From Escherichia phage vB_EcoM_DE16, in sequence record OP595145.1: 64,000 nucleotides of DNA. One strand, given 5' to 3'. Each line of letters opens with the position of its first letter. The first letter of the stretch is position 1. A program made the translations under genes and the position numbers. Below the pieces are notes generated by a model. The model searched no databases, was not told where the DNA came from, and saw only the letters and a list, made by a program, of their open reading frames with translations. Below are positions 37,127 to 47,651 of this stretch, piece by piece.

Positions 37127-38211
37127 TAGAAGTCAAGCTCCTCATCATCAGAGAGATCTTTGTTAGCTGAATTCAATTTGTAATTAGTTAACTGAATCTC
37201 TTGGGCTGCTGACTGAATCAAATCAGGATTCAACCATTTTTCCATCCAAGCTAAAGGGCTATGTTTAGGTGCTTTAAACTTGGCTTTCATTTTCAATCGA
37301 CGATAAATAGGAGCAGCATTGAAATAAACCCACTGTTTAGACAATTCGGCGTTAAGACCTACAATAAAACGACCTTCACTAAACAGGTAGTCACACCATT
37401 GTTCCTCTTGTTCAACAACAGTGTCGAGGATCAAAGTCAACTCTTCAATATTGTCTTCGTAAATTTTACGCCAAATTGGGTCATGCATCAATGCATCAAT
37501 TACAGCATAATCCATTTTAACATGCAGGATTTCATCTAGCATAATTTTCTGGATCAGTTTACAAGCCCCAACAAACAGTTGTTGTTCTGCCATAGCAAAA
37601 GTAGCAGAGAAGGAAGATATAAACTGAATACCTTCTAATCCAATCAGGGCTACCATCCCTTTAAGAATCAGCAGTCGAAGTTCATCGTTAGCTTCAATCA
37701 ATCCTAGAGCATACTTATGACCAGCTTCTTCCAATTGACCCATGATATCAGCAATGATACCCATACGATTGAAAATTTTATCATTAATCATAATCTGATT
37801 GATGACTTCGATTGGATCTGGAGTACATTGACGGATTATTTCAGAATACGTTAACGCATGGAGAACTTCCATTTCACTCTGCTTCATCATCATAGCACAG
37901 GCTTCATTGTTACTCAAGAATGGAGAGAACAAAGTGATGATTGATTTTGCAAGAGAATCATTTTCCCATTGGAACGATAAGTTTTTAATCATAACATCAT
38001 AGTTGTTTTTAGAACAAGCTACGAAATCTTTACGTGTCTGATCCAGATTGACTTCATTCTCATCCCAATCTTGTGCTTTTTGAAGTTTGTAGAGTTTGTG
38101 CATCTCTGGATAAGTTACGTTAACAGAATCAAAGATCCCTAACTGTTCCCCTAAAAATACTGGATATTTTCCTGTTTTGTAAACTTCATTGTGTAAATTA
38201 ATTGCTGCCAT
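37126..38211 (-). CDS. nrdB: ribonucleotide reductase class I beta subunit
   Basis: 361 aa, acidic C-terminal tail DDEELDF, adjacent to nrdA; SD GAGGAG. Confidence 0.8.
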   Translation of the reverse strand: MAAINLHNEVYKTGKYPVFLGEQLGIFDSVNVTYPEMHKLYKLQKAQDWDENEVNLDQTRKDFVACSKNNYDVMIKNLSFQWENDSLAKSIITLFSPFLSNNEACAMMMKQSEMEVLHALTYSEIIRQCTPDPIEVINQIMINDKIFNRMGIIADIMGQLEEAGHKYALGLIEANDELRLLILKGMVALIGLEGIQFISSFSATFAMAEQQLFVGACKLIQKIMLDEILHVKMDYAVIDALMHDPIWRKIYEDNIEELTLILDTVVEQEEQWCDYLFSEGRFIVGLNAELSKQWVYFNAAPIYRRLKMKAKFKAPKHSPLAWMEKWLNPDLIQSAAQEIQLTNYKLNSANKDLSDDEELDF

Positions 38212-38232
38212 TTAAAATTCTCCTCAATAAAA

Positions 38233-38248
38233 GGGGGCCGAAGCCCCT
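38233..38248 (-). terminator. intercistronic hairpin GGGGCUUCGGCCCCC
   Basis: between nrdA stop and nrdB SD. Confidence 0.55.
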
Positions 38249-38279
38249 TTACGTTTACCCTTCTTCACCTGTTCTCCTA

Positions 38280-40523
38280 CTACATTTTACAGGCACTGCA
38301 CCCTTCGTCTTCAGAATCTTCTTGTGCTAAAGAGTCTGCTGATTTTGTTCTACTATTAAGGTAATACAATGATTTGCCACCCAGTCTAGCAAAATTCAGA
38401 ATAAACTGCATCTCAGCTTTCACGGATAAACGTCCACCTACCAATTTAGAATAATCTAGCCAAGAATCACAAGAAATTCCTTGGTCAGTAAACTTGGTAA
38501 AGATACCGTACATTTCTGCAAGGTCTTTAGCCGGAGTATCCCAGGCAGACTGGTAGAACATTTTCAGTTTTTCGTAGTCTGGAACAATAAATAATACACT
38601 ACCTTTCTGACTCTGTTTATACATAATAGTATCACGAACAGGATACAGAGAGTTAGTAGTATTGCTTACCAAACTGCTGGACTCATTAGGTGCAATAGCA
38701 GCCAAGACACTGTTACGGATACCACCTTGTTCAATGATTTCAGCACGTAAGCCTTCCCAGTCCATTTTAAGATCAAAATTACCGATACTATCTACTGTTT
38801 TAGCATAAGTGTCAATTGGTAGCCAACCTTGAGGCCATTTGGTCTTATCGATCCATTCCGCATTACCTTTTTCCTTAGCCAGACGCAGAGAGGCTTTTGC
38901 CAACCAAAAGTAATGACGTTCTGCAAGTTCATGCATTAATTTTTTAGCATAAGCATCTGAATAATTTACAAAATTACTTGCCAAGTAATGCGCTAAGTTT
39001 GTAATACCTACACCAATAGATCTACGTGCTTTAGCAGTTATTTCGTTATGTTTAAATGGATAATCCATTGTTTCAATAACGTTGTCAATTGTCAATACAG
39101 TGTAGTATGCAACATCCTCATATTCTTCAGGTAATACACGACCAGCAACAATAGAAGATAAGAAGCATAAAGCCAATTCTTGATCTTCTGTATTCTCACC
39201 AGTAAAGAGATCCGGCATACTGTGGAAAGCTTTAGTTGGCAAGAAGATCTCTTGACACAGGTTTGATTGATACACCGTATCCAGGAAAGGTGTATGGTTG
39301 TTAACGTTGTCAGCAAAGAACATGTAAATACGTCCTGTTTCTGCACGTTGAACAATAATCTCTGTCAGAAGATCACGAGCCTTAACAAATTTTTTCTTAA
39401 TGCGTCGTCTACTTACTTTGTCATAAACTGCATCAAACTCTTCTTCACTTTTATATAAAGCTTCATAAAGTTCAGGAGCATCATCACAACTAACTAACAT
39501 CCAGTCTTCGTTTTTTGCTGCTCGACGCAAGAACGAACGGTTAACAACAATAGAATAATCTAGTTTATCCACTCGTTTATCTATAGGTGTTGTTGGATTC
39601 TTCAGTCGAATCAGATCGTCGAAGTCTGGTTCAAGTATGGTAAAGGTAACTGTAGCACTACCTCCACGGCTTGCTTGCTTTGAAGCTCCAACACTATCTT
39701 CCATCCATTTCAGATACGGAAGAAGACCACCGTGAATAATACGATTATTCTTAACACCTTGACCTGTGGCACGAGTTTGAAGATTAACACCAATACCTGC
39801 GTTATTCAACGTATACTCATGAGCTAAGTAATTAGCAATGGCTAAAGACTCTGCCGTATCGTCTGCACGGAATAAACAACAAGACGCACTTCCTTTGATT
39901 GGAGTTCGTAGAGTTGTCAGATATGGCGATGGCAGATTAATCTTAAGATCGCTGACATAAGTATAAAGTTTTTTAATATCTTCTATACGGCGTTCTTTTG
40001 GTTGGATCTCCATAACCTTCATTGCGATACCAATGAAAAGGAACTGTGGAGACTCATGCACCACATCGTTTACTGCATCTCGAATAAGATATTTATCCAC
40101 CATTTGACGTAAAACAGAATAACCATAAGTTAGATTTTTATTATGCTTTACAATCTTACCGATTTCTTTGATCTCTTCATCAGTATAATCCATTTTAGCC
40201 CAATGACCACGTTCTACCATATCATGATAAAAGGTATTCAGTGAAGGGATACTGTGGTATCCCCCATGAGCCTGTTTGTAAATCATACCCAGAAGAAGTC
40301 TTCCTGCCATATCACTGTAAGCTTGTGTTTTCTTGTCAATACACGCTGCAATCATTGCTTTATGCAGATCACGTGTAGACACACCGTCATAACACCGCTT
40401 CACAGCTTCTAATTCAATTTCAGACCAGTTTAGTTTACCTGCTGCAAATTCAGACCACTTGCGAAGTTTTTCTGGGTTAAACTCCTCTGTCTTACCATTA
40501 GATTTAGTTACAAAACGAATCAA
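38280..40523 (-). CDS. nrdA: ribonucleotide reductase class I alpha subunit
   Basis: 747 aa, N-terminal ATP-cone-like region, C-terminal CSAC redox pair. Confidence 0.85.
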   Translation of the reverse strand: MIRFVTKSNGKTEEFNPEKLRKWSEFAAGKLNWSEIELEAVKRCYDGVSTRDLHKAMIAACIDKKTQAYSDMAGRLLLGMIYKQAHGGYHSIPSLNTFYHDMVERGHWAKMDYTDEEIKEIGKIVKHNKNLTYGYSVLRQMVDKYLIRDAVNDVVHESPQFLFIGIAMKVMEIQPKERRIEDIKKLYTYVSDLKINLPSPYLTTLRTPIKGSASCCLFRADDTAESLAIANYLAHEYTLNNAGIGVNLQTRATGQGVKNNRIIHGGLLPYLKWMEDSVGASKQASRGGSATVTFTILEPDFDDLIRLKNPTTPIDKRVDKLDYSIVVNRSFLRRAAKNEDWMLVSCDDAPELYEALYKSEEEFDAVYDKVSRRRIKKKFVKARDLLTEIIVQRAETGRIYMFFADNVNNHTPFLDTVYQSNLCQEIFLPTKAFHSMPDLFTGENTEDQELALCFLSSIVAGRVLPEEYEDVAYYTVLTIDNVIETMDYPFKHNEITAKARRSIGVGITNLAHYLASNFVNYSDAYAKKLMHELAERHYFWLAKASLRLAKEKGNAEWIDKTKWPQGWLPIDTYAKTVDSIGNFDLKMDWEGLRAEIIEQGGIRNSVLAAIAPNESSSLVSNTTNSLYPVRDTIMYKQSQKGSVLFIVPDYEKLKMFYQSAWDTPAKDLAEMYGIFTKFTDQGISCDSWLDYSKLVGGRLSVKAEMQFILNFARLGGKSLYYLNSRTKSADSLAQEDSEDEGCSACKM

Positions 40524-40539
40524 CTTCTCCTCCCTATTA

Positions 40540-40794
40540 TTAATGCATATTCAAAACATCTACATCATAACCGAACTTCATTTCATTAAAAAGTCCATTA
40601 GCATATAGAAAACCTTCAAAATGAGTTATGTCATCAAACCCTTTTGCTTTTGCTCGACGATCTGCTTCTTGTCTTTTAGGAGATAAACGTTTTGAAGTGT
40701 CTAGAATTACAGTTACATTACAACCAATAGTTTCATCAAAATAGACTTCGATTTCACAGCCTTCATATTTATTATCAGTCATTGTCCCTCTCAT
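40540..40794 (-). CDS. hypothetical protein (84 aa)
   Basis: ORF in co-directional block. Confidence 0.5.
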   Translation of the reverse strand: MRGTMTDNKYEGCEIEVYFDETIGCNVTVILDTSKRLSPKRQEADRRAKAKGFDDITHFEGFLYANGLFNEMKFGYDVDVLNMH

Positions 40795-41234
40795 TGATTA
40801 GTATCATCTGCTTTCGCAGGATCATAAGAGTTACCGAAATCATCCATCTTAATATGTGACGCACCCCAACCTGTAAATTCTTCATCACCAAAATGAAAAA
40901 TATCATTTTCTTGATAGATTCGTTTAAAACCACAATTAGGTGAAACAGGGAAAGTGAAAAGCGTTGTATTTGCAAACACTACTCGCTTATCGTTATTGCT
41001 TCGGATATTCACATTACGCTCAACAGAATAGTGTGAATCTTCAGCCATACCCAGCATTACAAGCGACGCTCTAATAACAGCATTTTGTTTCTCGTGTGGG
41101 ATATTGCCATTGTGTTTATTTGATTCTAGTTTCCAGATAGGGGTAGACATTACAGTAGACATGCTTACGGTAGCCCAAGTTGTAGTATTTACTAATGACA
41201 TATTTTCTCCTTCGTTTTGAATGGGAGGACTCAC
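40791..41234 (-). CDS. hypothetical protein (147 aa)
   Basis: ORF in co-directional block. Confidence 0.5.
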   Translation of the reverse strand: MSPPIQNEGENMSLVNTTTWATVSMSTVMSTPIWKLESNKHNGNIPHEKQNAVIRASLVMLGMAEDSHYSVERNVNIRSNNDKRVVFANTTLFTFPVSPNCGFKRIYQENDIFHFGDEEFTGWGASHIKMDDFGNSYDPAKADDTNQ

Positions 41235-41299
41235 CTCCTCCCAGTATTGTGCTATATTATACTAAAACTAATACTAAAGTCAATAACTATTTAAACAGA

Positions 41300-42298
41300 T
41301 CACCATTTAGTATGATTTGTTAAAAGTTGACGATGTTGAATCCAACCTTTGAAATTGCCAGACCAAAACTTACCATTACGATCTACATGGGTAATACCTG
41401 GTTCCCAAGAGTTAAAATCCCAAGGAGCATTGATAAACAAATCTTCAAAACAGTTCTCTCCGTATTGTTCGCATGTTTCTTGCATTGGGGTGGCTTGATG
41501 TTCAAACGGAGAAGCATGAACCTTGCGCCCAGTTAGCAAACGACCATAAATATCTAAAGCTTTATCTTTAGTTGCATTCAAACGACGATAGCTAACCTGT
41601 GCACAACACGAAGCTGAAATAGCTTTAGCTTCTTCCAAAGTAAGCACAACAACTTCTCCAGATTCATCTTGAACATAGTATCCACCAAAAACAAAATGAT
41701 CGTCACCTTCTGTGCCAATATTATCATAGAAATGGTCTACATAAGGTGTGTGCCATTGCCCTGGTTTAAGCACTTCTGGTGTAGATTCTTCATACTCTTT
41801 GTGCATCTCTTTAGCCAAAGCTTCGATAGTAGGATCGGCTTCTTTGTCATCACGTAGCCACCAGAAATTTTCATATTCTGTTGCTGTCAGAACTGTTTTA
41901 ATTCGTTGGAAAGGTTCCAGAAGACGGTTTGCAACTTGTTTGTGGTACCCTGCCAAAGAGAATTCTTCTGCAAAACGTGCTGCACTAAGCGCGGCAAGAT
42001 CCCACCACTCTTGAGCAGTATAACCTGCATCAATAAGAGCGTCATGATCAACACCTTTATCCTGCATACCAGGTTGGTTAGCCCCAAAACGATAAGGACG
42101 AGCAGGCTGATTTCGCACCATTTCGATCAGTGTTTTAACAGGTATAGCACGGCTAGAAGCAGCGTTACGACTGAATAGGCGGTGAGTCATCAGTTCTGAA
42201 TGAATAATACGTGGATATTCAAGTTCGAAAGTTACAATCTCTTTTCCGTCTTCAGTGATGGAATGCGCAATAATACTAGCCGAAATCTGTTTTGTCAT
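41300..42298 (-). CDS. thyX: flavin-dependent thymidylate synthase ThyX-like
   Basis: THRLFSRNAASSRA fits the ThyX RHR-x7-S signature region; 332 aa (longer than typical). Confidence 0.65.
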   Translation of the reverse strand: MTKQISASIIAHSITEDGKEIVTFELEYPRIIHSELMTHRLFSRNAASSRAIPVKTLIEMVRNQPARPYRFGANQPGMQDKGVDHDALIDAGYTAQEWWDLAALSAARFAEEFSLAGYHKQVANRLLEPFQRIKTVLTATEYENFWWLRDDKEADPTIEALAKEMHKEYEESTPEVLKPGQWHTPYVDHFYDNIGTEGDDHFVFGGYYVQDESGEVVVLTLEEAKAISASCCAQVSYRRLNATKDKALDIYGRLLTGRKVHASPFEHQATPMQETCEQYGENCFEDLFINAPWDFNSWEPGITHVDRNGKFWSGNFKGWIQHRQLLTNHTKW

Positions 42299-42307
42299 TT
42301 TTTCTCC

Positions 42308-42916
42308 TTAGTTTTTAAAATTGTTCAAAGTGTTAAAAACATCCAAACATGTTAGCCACTGATCTTCTAAACCTGTGATCACAACATTTGGTTTTTTCTT
42401 TAGTTCTTCTAGATGGTTATCTTTATAAGGCGTATTAAAATATATTTTAACCACTTCATCTGGAAAATATAGTAGGTTATCAGCCCTGTCATCTATTGCT
42501 ATATCACAAGGCAATAAATATTTTTCTTTCGTAGCAAAAAAGCCGTTACCAGATCCTTTGCTAAAATCAATCGTATCTAATGTTCTTAAAACATGCTTAT
42601 GTTTAGAACTTAAGTGACCACCTTTTGTCACACTTGCGATCAAAAGATTGCTACCTTTCCTTGAAACATACTTTAAGAAATCTGGCATACCTGGAACAAA
42701 ACCCATTGTATCATAGAGATGAGGATTATCCAGAAATCCGTAAGGATCTATATTGAACTCCTCCCTGAAACCAGGAAAGTAGTTGGTAAGATCATAGTCT
42801 GCATTTTTTGTGAATGTGTCTATCTTAACACCAAGTCCACTAATCTTATTCAACCATTCTAACCAAGCAACATCTAATGGAGCCACAACTAAATCCCAAT
42901 CACATACTATCTGCAT
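42308..42916 (-). CDS. HAD-like hydrolase, possible 5-prime(3-prime)-deoxyribonucleotidase
   Basis: N-terminal VCDWDLVV resembles HAD DxD motif I. Confidence 0.35.
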   Translation of the reverse strand: MQIVCDWDLVVAPLDVAWLEWLNKISGLGVKIDTFTKNADYDLTNYFPGFREEFNIDPYGFLDNPHLYDTMGFVPGMPDFLKYVSRKGSNLLIASVTKGGHLSSKHKHVLRTLDTIDFSKGSGNGFFATKEKYLLPCDIAIDDRADNLLYFPDEVVKIYFNTPYKDNHLEELKKKPNVVITGLEDQWLTCLDVFNTLNNFKN

Positions 42917-42952
42917 AAAACCTCCTCTCTCTTTTAGTATAGTTATCTTATA

Positions 42953-43528
42953 CTAACTTTCAATTTCCTGCAATAGGATTTTGACTATTTGTTTGCGGCG
43001 TTTTGCTACTGTGCTTTCAGGTTCTATTTTACGCTTCTTCAACCAAGCTTTATCTTTCTTAGCTCTACACAAAGCTATCGCTTCTTTTTCAGCTTTTGCT
43101 TCTTCAAAAGATATGCCTTGCTTGTCTGCATAAGCAAGAATAGAGTTGCACAATTTACAAACCATGCGCAAATCTTCTTCTTTCACATAGATTAAACGGA
43201 AAACAAAAAGAGGAATATCATCAAAACATTGAAGTTGTTTTGCTGCGTGAATATGATCCACTTGGAAGTCTTTCATTCCTCCTCTATGTCCACATATTTC
43301 GCACTCACAATTCCAAACTTGTTTTGGTTTTCCAGTTTTCTTATCTATCATTACATTGCCGTCTTTATCTACACGATCAACTTTAAAACGCCTTGCATTG
43401 ATAACCTTAATTTTATTAGGGTGTCTCATCCATGCTTTTCTAAAGCATCCCCTAAGATAAGTATAAAATTCAGCTTGTGTTTTCCAGGGTGTTCCTTCAC
43501 CCCACATTATTTTTGGTTCACCTGCCAA
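42953..43528 (-). CDS. HNH endonuclease-like protein
   Basis: CECEIC ... DHIH ... CKLCN arrangement. Confidence 0.45.
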   Translation of the reverse strand: MAGEPKIMWGEGTPWKTQAEFYTYLRGCFRKAWMRHPNKIKVINARRFKVDRVDKDGNVMIDKKTGKPKQVWNCECEICGHRGGMKDFQVDHIHAAKQLQCFDDIPLFVFRLIYVKEEDLRMVCKLCNSILAYADKQGISFEEAKAEKEAIALCRAKKDKAWLKKRKIEPESTVAKRRKQIVKILLQEIES

Positions 43529-43695
43529 TATTGCTCACCTTTTTAGCTGTATATTCCCCTGGTGGGATATTATGTTTAAAAAACAAAAGGCGGTCTAACC
43601 CCGCCTTGCACATTGTTTCTGGAATAGTCAAAGTTAGTAAAAGTTTATCACCTTTTCGGTTGAATATTTTATAAACTTCTCCTGCTCCATATTGT

Positions 43696-44097
43696 TTAGT
43701 ATTGCTCGCCACTAATACGTTCCTTAAGTTGTTTAATAGCTTCGATTGCATCTACATAAGAAGAGTTATACATGTGTTTCAGTGCCACTCGTATTAAAGG
43801 ATCTTTTGTGAAGAAATCAATAAGAAGCATAGCTTGATCATGTTTAGCTGCATTTGTCATAGATGGATAATTTTCACGAACCATATACGTGTTATTTTGC
43901 ATAAGGGTTCTTTCTAGTTCAATACAATGGATAGCTTTATCTAGGTTAATCTGACGTTCACCTTTAATACGTGTTGCGTATTTTGCCAATTTGCAAAAAC
44001 AAGGTGTGCCACCAACCAAATAAGCTAGTTCAATAGGTTGCATTGCCATTTTTGTGTAGTGATCACCGTCAACCTGATTATCAAAAGCATTAGACAT
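43696..44097 (-). CDS. hypothetical protein (133 aa)
   Basis: ORF in co-directional block. Confidence 0.5.
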   Translation of the reverse strand: MSNAFDNQVDGDHYTKMAMQPIELAYLVGGTPCFCKLAKYATRIKGERQINLDKAIHCIELERTLMQNNTYMVRENYPSMTNAAKHDQAMLLIDFFTKDPLIRVALKHMYNSSYVDAIEAIKQLKERISGEQY

Positions 44098-44353
44098 AAT
44101 TTTCCTCCTGAATTCCTACTGCACCTTCTTCTGGGTAGTCTGCATAATAAGCTACCCTACCTTGATAGATAATATCACCATCGTCATTGTAGATCGCTGT
44201 ATCTTCTTGAATTGTTATTTCAACATCAAGCAAATCTGGGTCTTTCTCGATAGTATAGTTCAAACCTAACATTTCAAACAGTTCGAAAATTTCGTTACCT
44301 GTTAATGTAATGCTCATATTTCCTCCTTTTATTGTGGTTAGCAGAGTATACAC
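44090..44353 (-). CDS. hypothetical protein (87 aa)
   Basis: ORF in co-directional block. Confidence 0.5.
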   Translation of the reverse strand: MYTLLTTIKGGNMSITLTGNEIFELFEMLGLNYTIEKDPDLLDVEITIQEDTAIYNDDGDIIYQGRVAYYADYPEEGAVGIQEENYV

Positions 44354-44403
44354 TAATATAAAATTTTTGTCAATAAAAAAGGGAGCAATAAGCTCCCTGA
44401 TTA

Positions 44404-45363
44404 TTAGATTCCAATGATAGTTGCTGCTCGTTTATCCTTGGATCTGGTGTTTGCTCTACTACGTGACAAACCTCCGCAAGATTCACAACGAATAATATCG
44501 AAAGAACTTACCGCAGTGTGGTATTGTTTACCAGTAACAACGTGAACGTGATCACTGCCACAACGAGAACAACGGACCTTCTCATCTGGGTAATAAGCGG
44601 ATAAGTTAGGATGCTGTGGAATCCACGGAAGGATTTTCATATACAAATCACGGAGTGAAACAACATCGCCATCATTGTAAATCTGCATACGTTCAAAAGC
44701 ATCACGATCACCTTCACAACATGCTTTCCATAAAGGGAACCCCTCGTTATCCAGTTTTTCACTTTCTGTTTCGAAATATGCTCCCATTTCTTTAAGGGAG
44801 TTGGAAGGAAGTGCAAATTGTTTCTTAGCTGCCTTCAATGTATCAACAACTACATAATTAGAAGGAGGAGCCATATCGTGATATGCAAATCGTTGGTTAA
44901 TGTATGCACGGTCAAACTTATACCCGTTGTGTGCCACAACTACATCTGCCTCATTCAGAAGGTTCCAAAGATCTTGGCAAAGCTCCCAATCATCTGTATG
45001 ATCAATATCAAAAAGAGGATAAGAAGACAAATTCTTACCTTCCACTTCACCAGTATACAGATCAGCAGAAGAATAAGATAACAAATAACCTCTGCGAATT
45101 ACCTGGTCTGGAGAAATGAAGGCTTTGAATCGACGGAAAGTATATGCAATCTCTGGTGCAGTTTCAACATCAATAATTTTAATAACTGGTTGTTTCTTTT
45201 TAACTGATTCTTGTTTACTTCCACTGAAACGTGCAAGGAAATCATTCACTGTGCTTTTTCTTGTTGGGCTACCTAAAACAATTGCTGCAATATTGCGAGA
45301 AGACATACCCTCTGCACTCATACTAAGGATATCTGCTTTCTGCTCTTCTGTTAATCTGCTCAC
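44404..45363 (-). CDS. DnaQ-like DEDD 3-prime-5-prime exonuclease with N-terminal HTH-like region and C-terminal Cys cluster
   Basis: IDVETA (Exo I), VAHNGYKFD (Exo II), YNDGDV (Exo III); CSRCG ... CESCG. Confidence 0.65.
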   Translation of the reverse strand: MSRLTEEQKADILSMSAEGMSSRNIAAIVLGSPTRKSTVNDFLARFSGSKQESVKKKQPVIKIIDVETAPEIAYTFRRFKAFISPDQVIRRGYLLSYSSADLYTGEVEGKNLSSYPLFDIDHTDDWELCQDLWNLLNEADVVVAHNGYKFDRAYINQRFAYHDMAPPSNYVVVDTLKAAKKQFALPSNSLKEMGAYFETESEKLDNEGFPLWKACCEGDRDAFERMQIYNDGDVVSLRDLYMKILPWIPQHPNLSAYYPDEKVRCSRCGSDHVHVVTGKQYHTAVSSFDIIRCESCGGLSRSRANTRSKDKRAATIIGI

Positions 45364-46049
45364 TCTGCCTCCTGTTGTGAGATGTATGACTGAAGCATAC
45401 TCTCAAATGTTGTATCGTCATTATCCCAGCGTTTCATGTATACCAACTGGAAAATTGTTTCTATCCATTCATCTGTTGTCATATGGACTTCTTCTCCATC
45501 CCAAGAAGTAAAATTAACACCATCTGGGAACCACGAGTAGTAAGTATCTTTAACTGTTTGGAAAAGCTCTGCTTGAGTTTTACAAGCTGAAAGAAGATTA
45601 AAACAAGTAATATCTCCAAACTTAATATCAAAATCTTGATAGGGTCGGATACTATCTGTTTTATCTCCCATTAGCATCTGATATGCTAACCAGTAACTGC
45701 CCCAACCTTTAACTTCTTTCTTTTTACCTTTATCTACGATCCATATATCGCCAATAGATTCATCAATAAGAATTATATCTGGATTTTTAAAGACTCCATC
45801 TTCTTTGTAGAAATTAAAAAGAATACTAGGAGTATGTAAACTATCTTTATCTATAGATACCACGATATAAGAAAATTTACCCGTCCTTTTATAATCTTTA
45901 TAACCTTGGAAACCATATTTCTCTAACTCATCATCAGCTTCTATTACAGTAACAACATCACCATTGTGGAACTCCACAAGATAATCTTTGGTTTCTGAAA
46001 GCTGAAGTGGTTTGATATCTAATCGTTCAGATTTATATTCTACAGGCAT
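45360..46049 (-). CDS. P-loop NTPase; annotated portion begins at first ATG but coding-like frame continues ~440 nt upstream without a start codon
   Basis: Walker A GVIGVGKT lies upstream of the first ATG; Walker B-like DIILIDES inside ORF. Confidence 0.45.
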   Translation of the reverse strand: MPVEYKSERLDIKPLQLSETKDYLVEFHNGDVVTVIEADDELEKYGFQGYKDYKRTGKFSYIVVSIDKDSLHTPSILFNFYKEDGVFKNPDIILIDESIGDIWIVDKGKKKEVKGWGSYWLAYQMLMGDKTDSIRPYQDFDIKFGDITCFNLLSACKTQAELFQTVKDTYYSWFPDGVNFTSWDGEEVHMTTDEWIETIFQLVYMKRWDNDDTTFESMLQSYISQQEAE

Positions 46050-46490
46050 TTTGAAGGCGTGTCTGAAAGTTTTTCCTACGCCAATAACTCCGCAATATTT
46101 TTCTAAACGTAGATGTTTTAGAATACCTAAGACTTTTGTTTTAGCTGCTTGGAAGGTGTGTCCGATATCTTCTGGCGGGTATTGCTTATCAATGATTTCG
46201 AACTCTTCCTTTGTGAAGGGACGTTTGTTTTTGGAGGCTCTTTCTGCATTTGTATCTCCTAGCCAACCTCCAATTTTAGTCTTGCTTTTACCCCAAAACT
46301 CTGTCTTATTTTTAAATTCCTTTTGAGCACCTGAAGGGATGTGCTTCGCAATGATTGTTCTTTTCTCTAATGCAGACGCTGCTTGGAAAGCAATCTGATC
46401 ATAATCAATTGCAGCTATTGTTTCTTCGTTGACATATAAATGAAGATCTTCAGGTTTAATTAAAATATAACCGCTAATATTTCCCCCTAA

Positions 46491-46700
46491 TTATTCATCG
46501 TCATCCTCTGTTGAGAATGTTTTAGTATACGGACATTGACGACTTTTCGGGATTGCTATAACTTCATCTTGGTTAGCGTTAGAATAGTAGCAATATTTTG
46601 TGTTGCCATTAACTTCAGAATCAGACAAGATTAAAGTAATTTGACCTGCTGCTACTGTGAAACTAAAAGCTAAAAGAACGACTGTCAGAATCTTTTTCAT
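46491..46700 (-). CDS. small secreted protein with signal peptide (69 aa)
   Basis: MKKILTVVLLAFSFTVAAGQ N-terminus; its TAA is in frame with the downstream P-loop frame. Confidence 0.5.
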   Translation of the reverse strand: MKKILTVVLLAFSFTVAAGQITLILSDSEVNGNTKYCYYSNANQDEVIAIPKSRQCPYTKTFSTEDDDE

Positions 46701-46772
46701 AACGCCTCCTAAAAAGCCTACCTCATTAAGTAGGTAGGCATAATATCATAACTAATCCCGCAAGTCAAGAAC

Positions 46773-47651
46773 TTATTTAAGGATTGTTGCTTTGGTTAAA
46801 TCTTCCATCAGACCTCGAATCTCATTGAAGCACAGAAGGACTGAAGCTTCAATACTACCTTCTTCGTCTGCAAAATATTTCGGAAAACGTAGTTTAGAAA
46901 GTTTAAACTCTTTATCCACTACAAAATCTACAACACCGTCATATTCAAGACCGATTGCAACCACATCTTTACCATCTTCTTTTAGTTCGACAGCTTTAGA
47001 CTCGTATAGGGATTCTTTACTCCAAACAACAACGCCCTCGCTATCCTCCATTTTGATATAATTTCCGAGAGTAATACGATCTGCTTCGTGATTCTCCAGC
47101 AATTCACCAAAACCTTTTACAATAGCTTCTTCGTGCACACTAAAACCTACCGAAGGGAAAGTCCCCAGAACGGAACGGAGGAAAGAAGTAATCTCTTCTG
47201 CAACCTTTTTACTTCCATTAAGAACATAAAGAAGATTCGTAGTTTTATCCAAGACAACATAGTTAAAGAAATCTTCAGGTTCTGTTTCAGGCAATAGTGC
47301 AAATTCAATATCTTCCTTCATTGCTTTGACTACTTCTTTATCGACATAAAACTCTTTACCTTCGCTCTCCATATCCTGACGCATTTCTTCTAGACGTTCA
47401 TTCAGAATGCGTTTAACTTTCTTTTTATCTACCTTCTTCACAGATTGACCTACATTAAGCAGTTCAAGATCTGAAAACTCTTTTACAAATTTAGAATCAT
47501 CTTCGAAACGAACAAGACCGATAGTATGTGACTGGGAGCCTTCTGCTGTTACAAATTCCAGAGGAATATCTGTAATGCTGTTAAGGGATGCTACAGAAGC
47601 ATTGTCACCAACAACCATAGGCAGAGCGGATTTAAAAGATTTTACAAACAT
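46773..47651 (-). CDS. hypothetical acidic protein (292 aa)
   Basis: ORF in co-directional block. Confidence 0.55.
   Translation of the reverse strand: MFVKSFKSALPMVVGDNASVASLNSITDIPLEFVTAEGSQSHTIGLVRFEDDSKFVKEFSDLELLNVGQSVKKVDKKKVKRILNERLEEMRQDMESEGKEFYVDKEVVKAMKEDIEFALLPETEPEDFFNYVVLDKTTNLLYVLNGSKKVAEEITSFLRSVLGTFPSVGFSVHEEAIVKGFGELLENHEADRITLGNYIKMEDSEGVVVWSKESLYESKAVELKEDGKDVVAIGLEYDGVVDFVVDKEFKLSKLRFPKYFADEEGSIEASVLLCFNEIRGLMEDLTKATILK

Noticed and set aside
43518-43751. 77-aa minus-strand ORF between the HNH-like gene and the 43696 gene
   Set aside because: Overlaps the upstream gene by ~55 nt with no clear start context; left unannotated.
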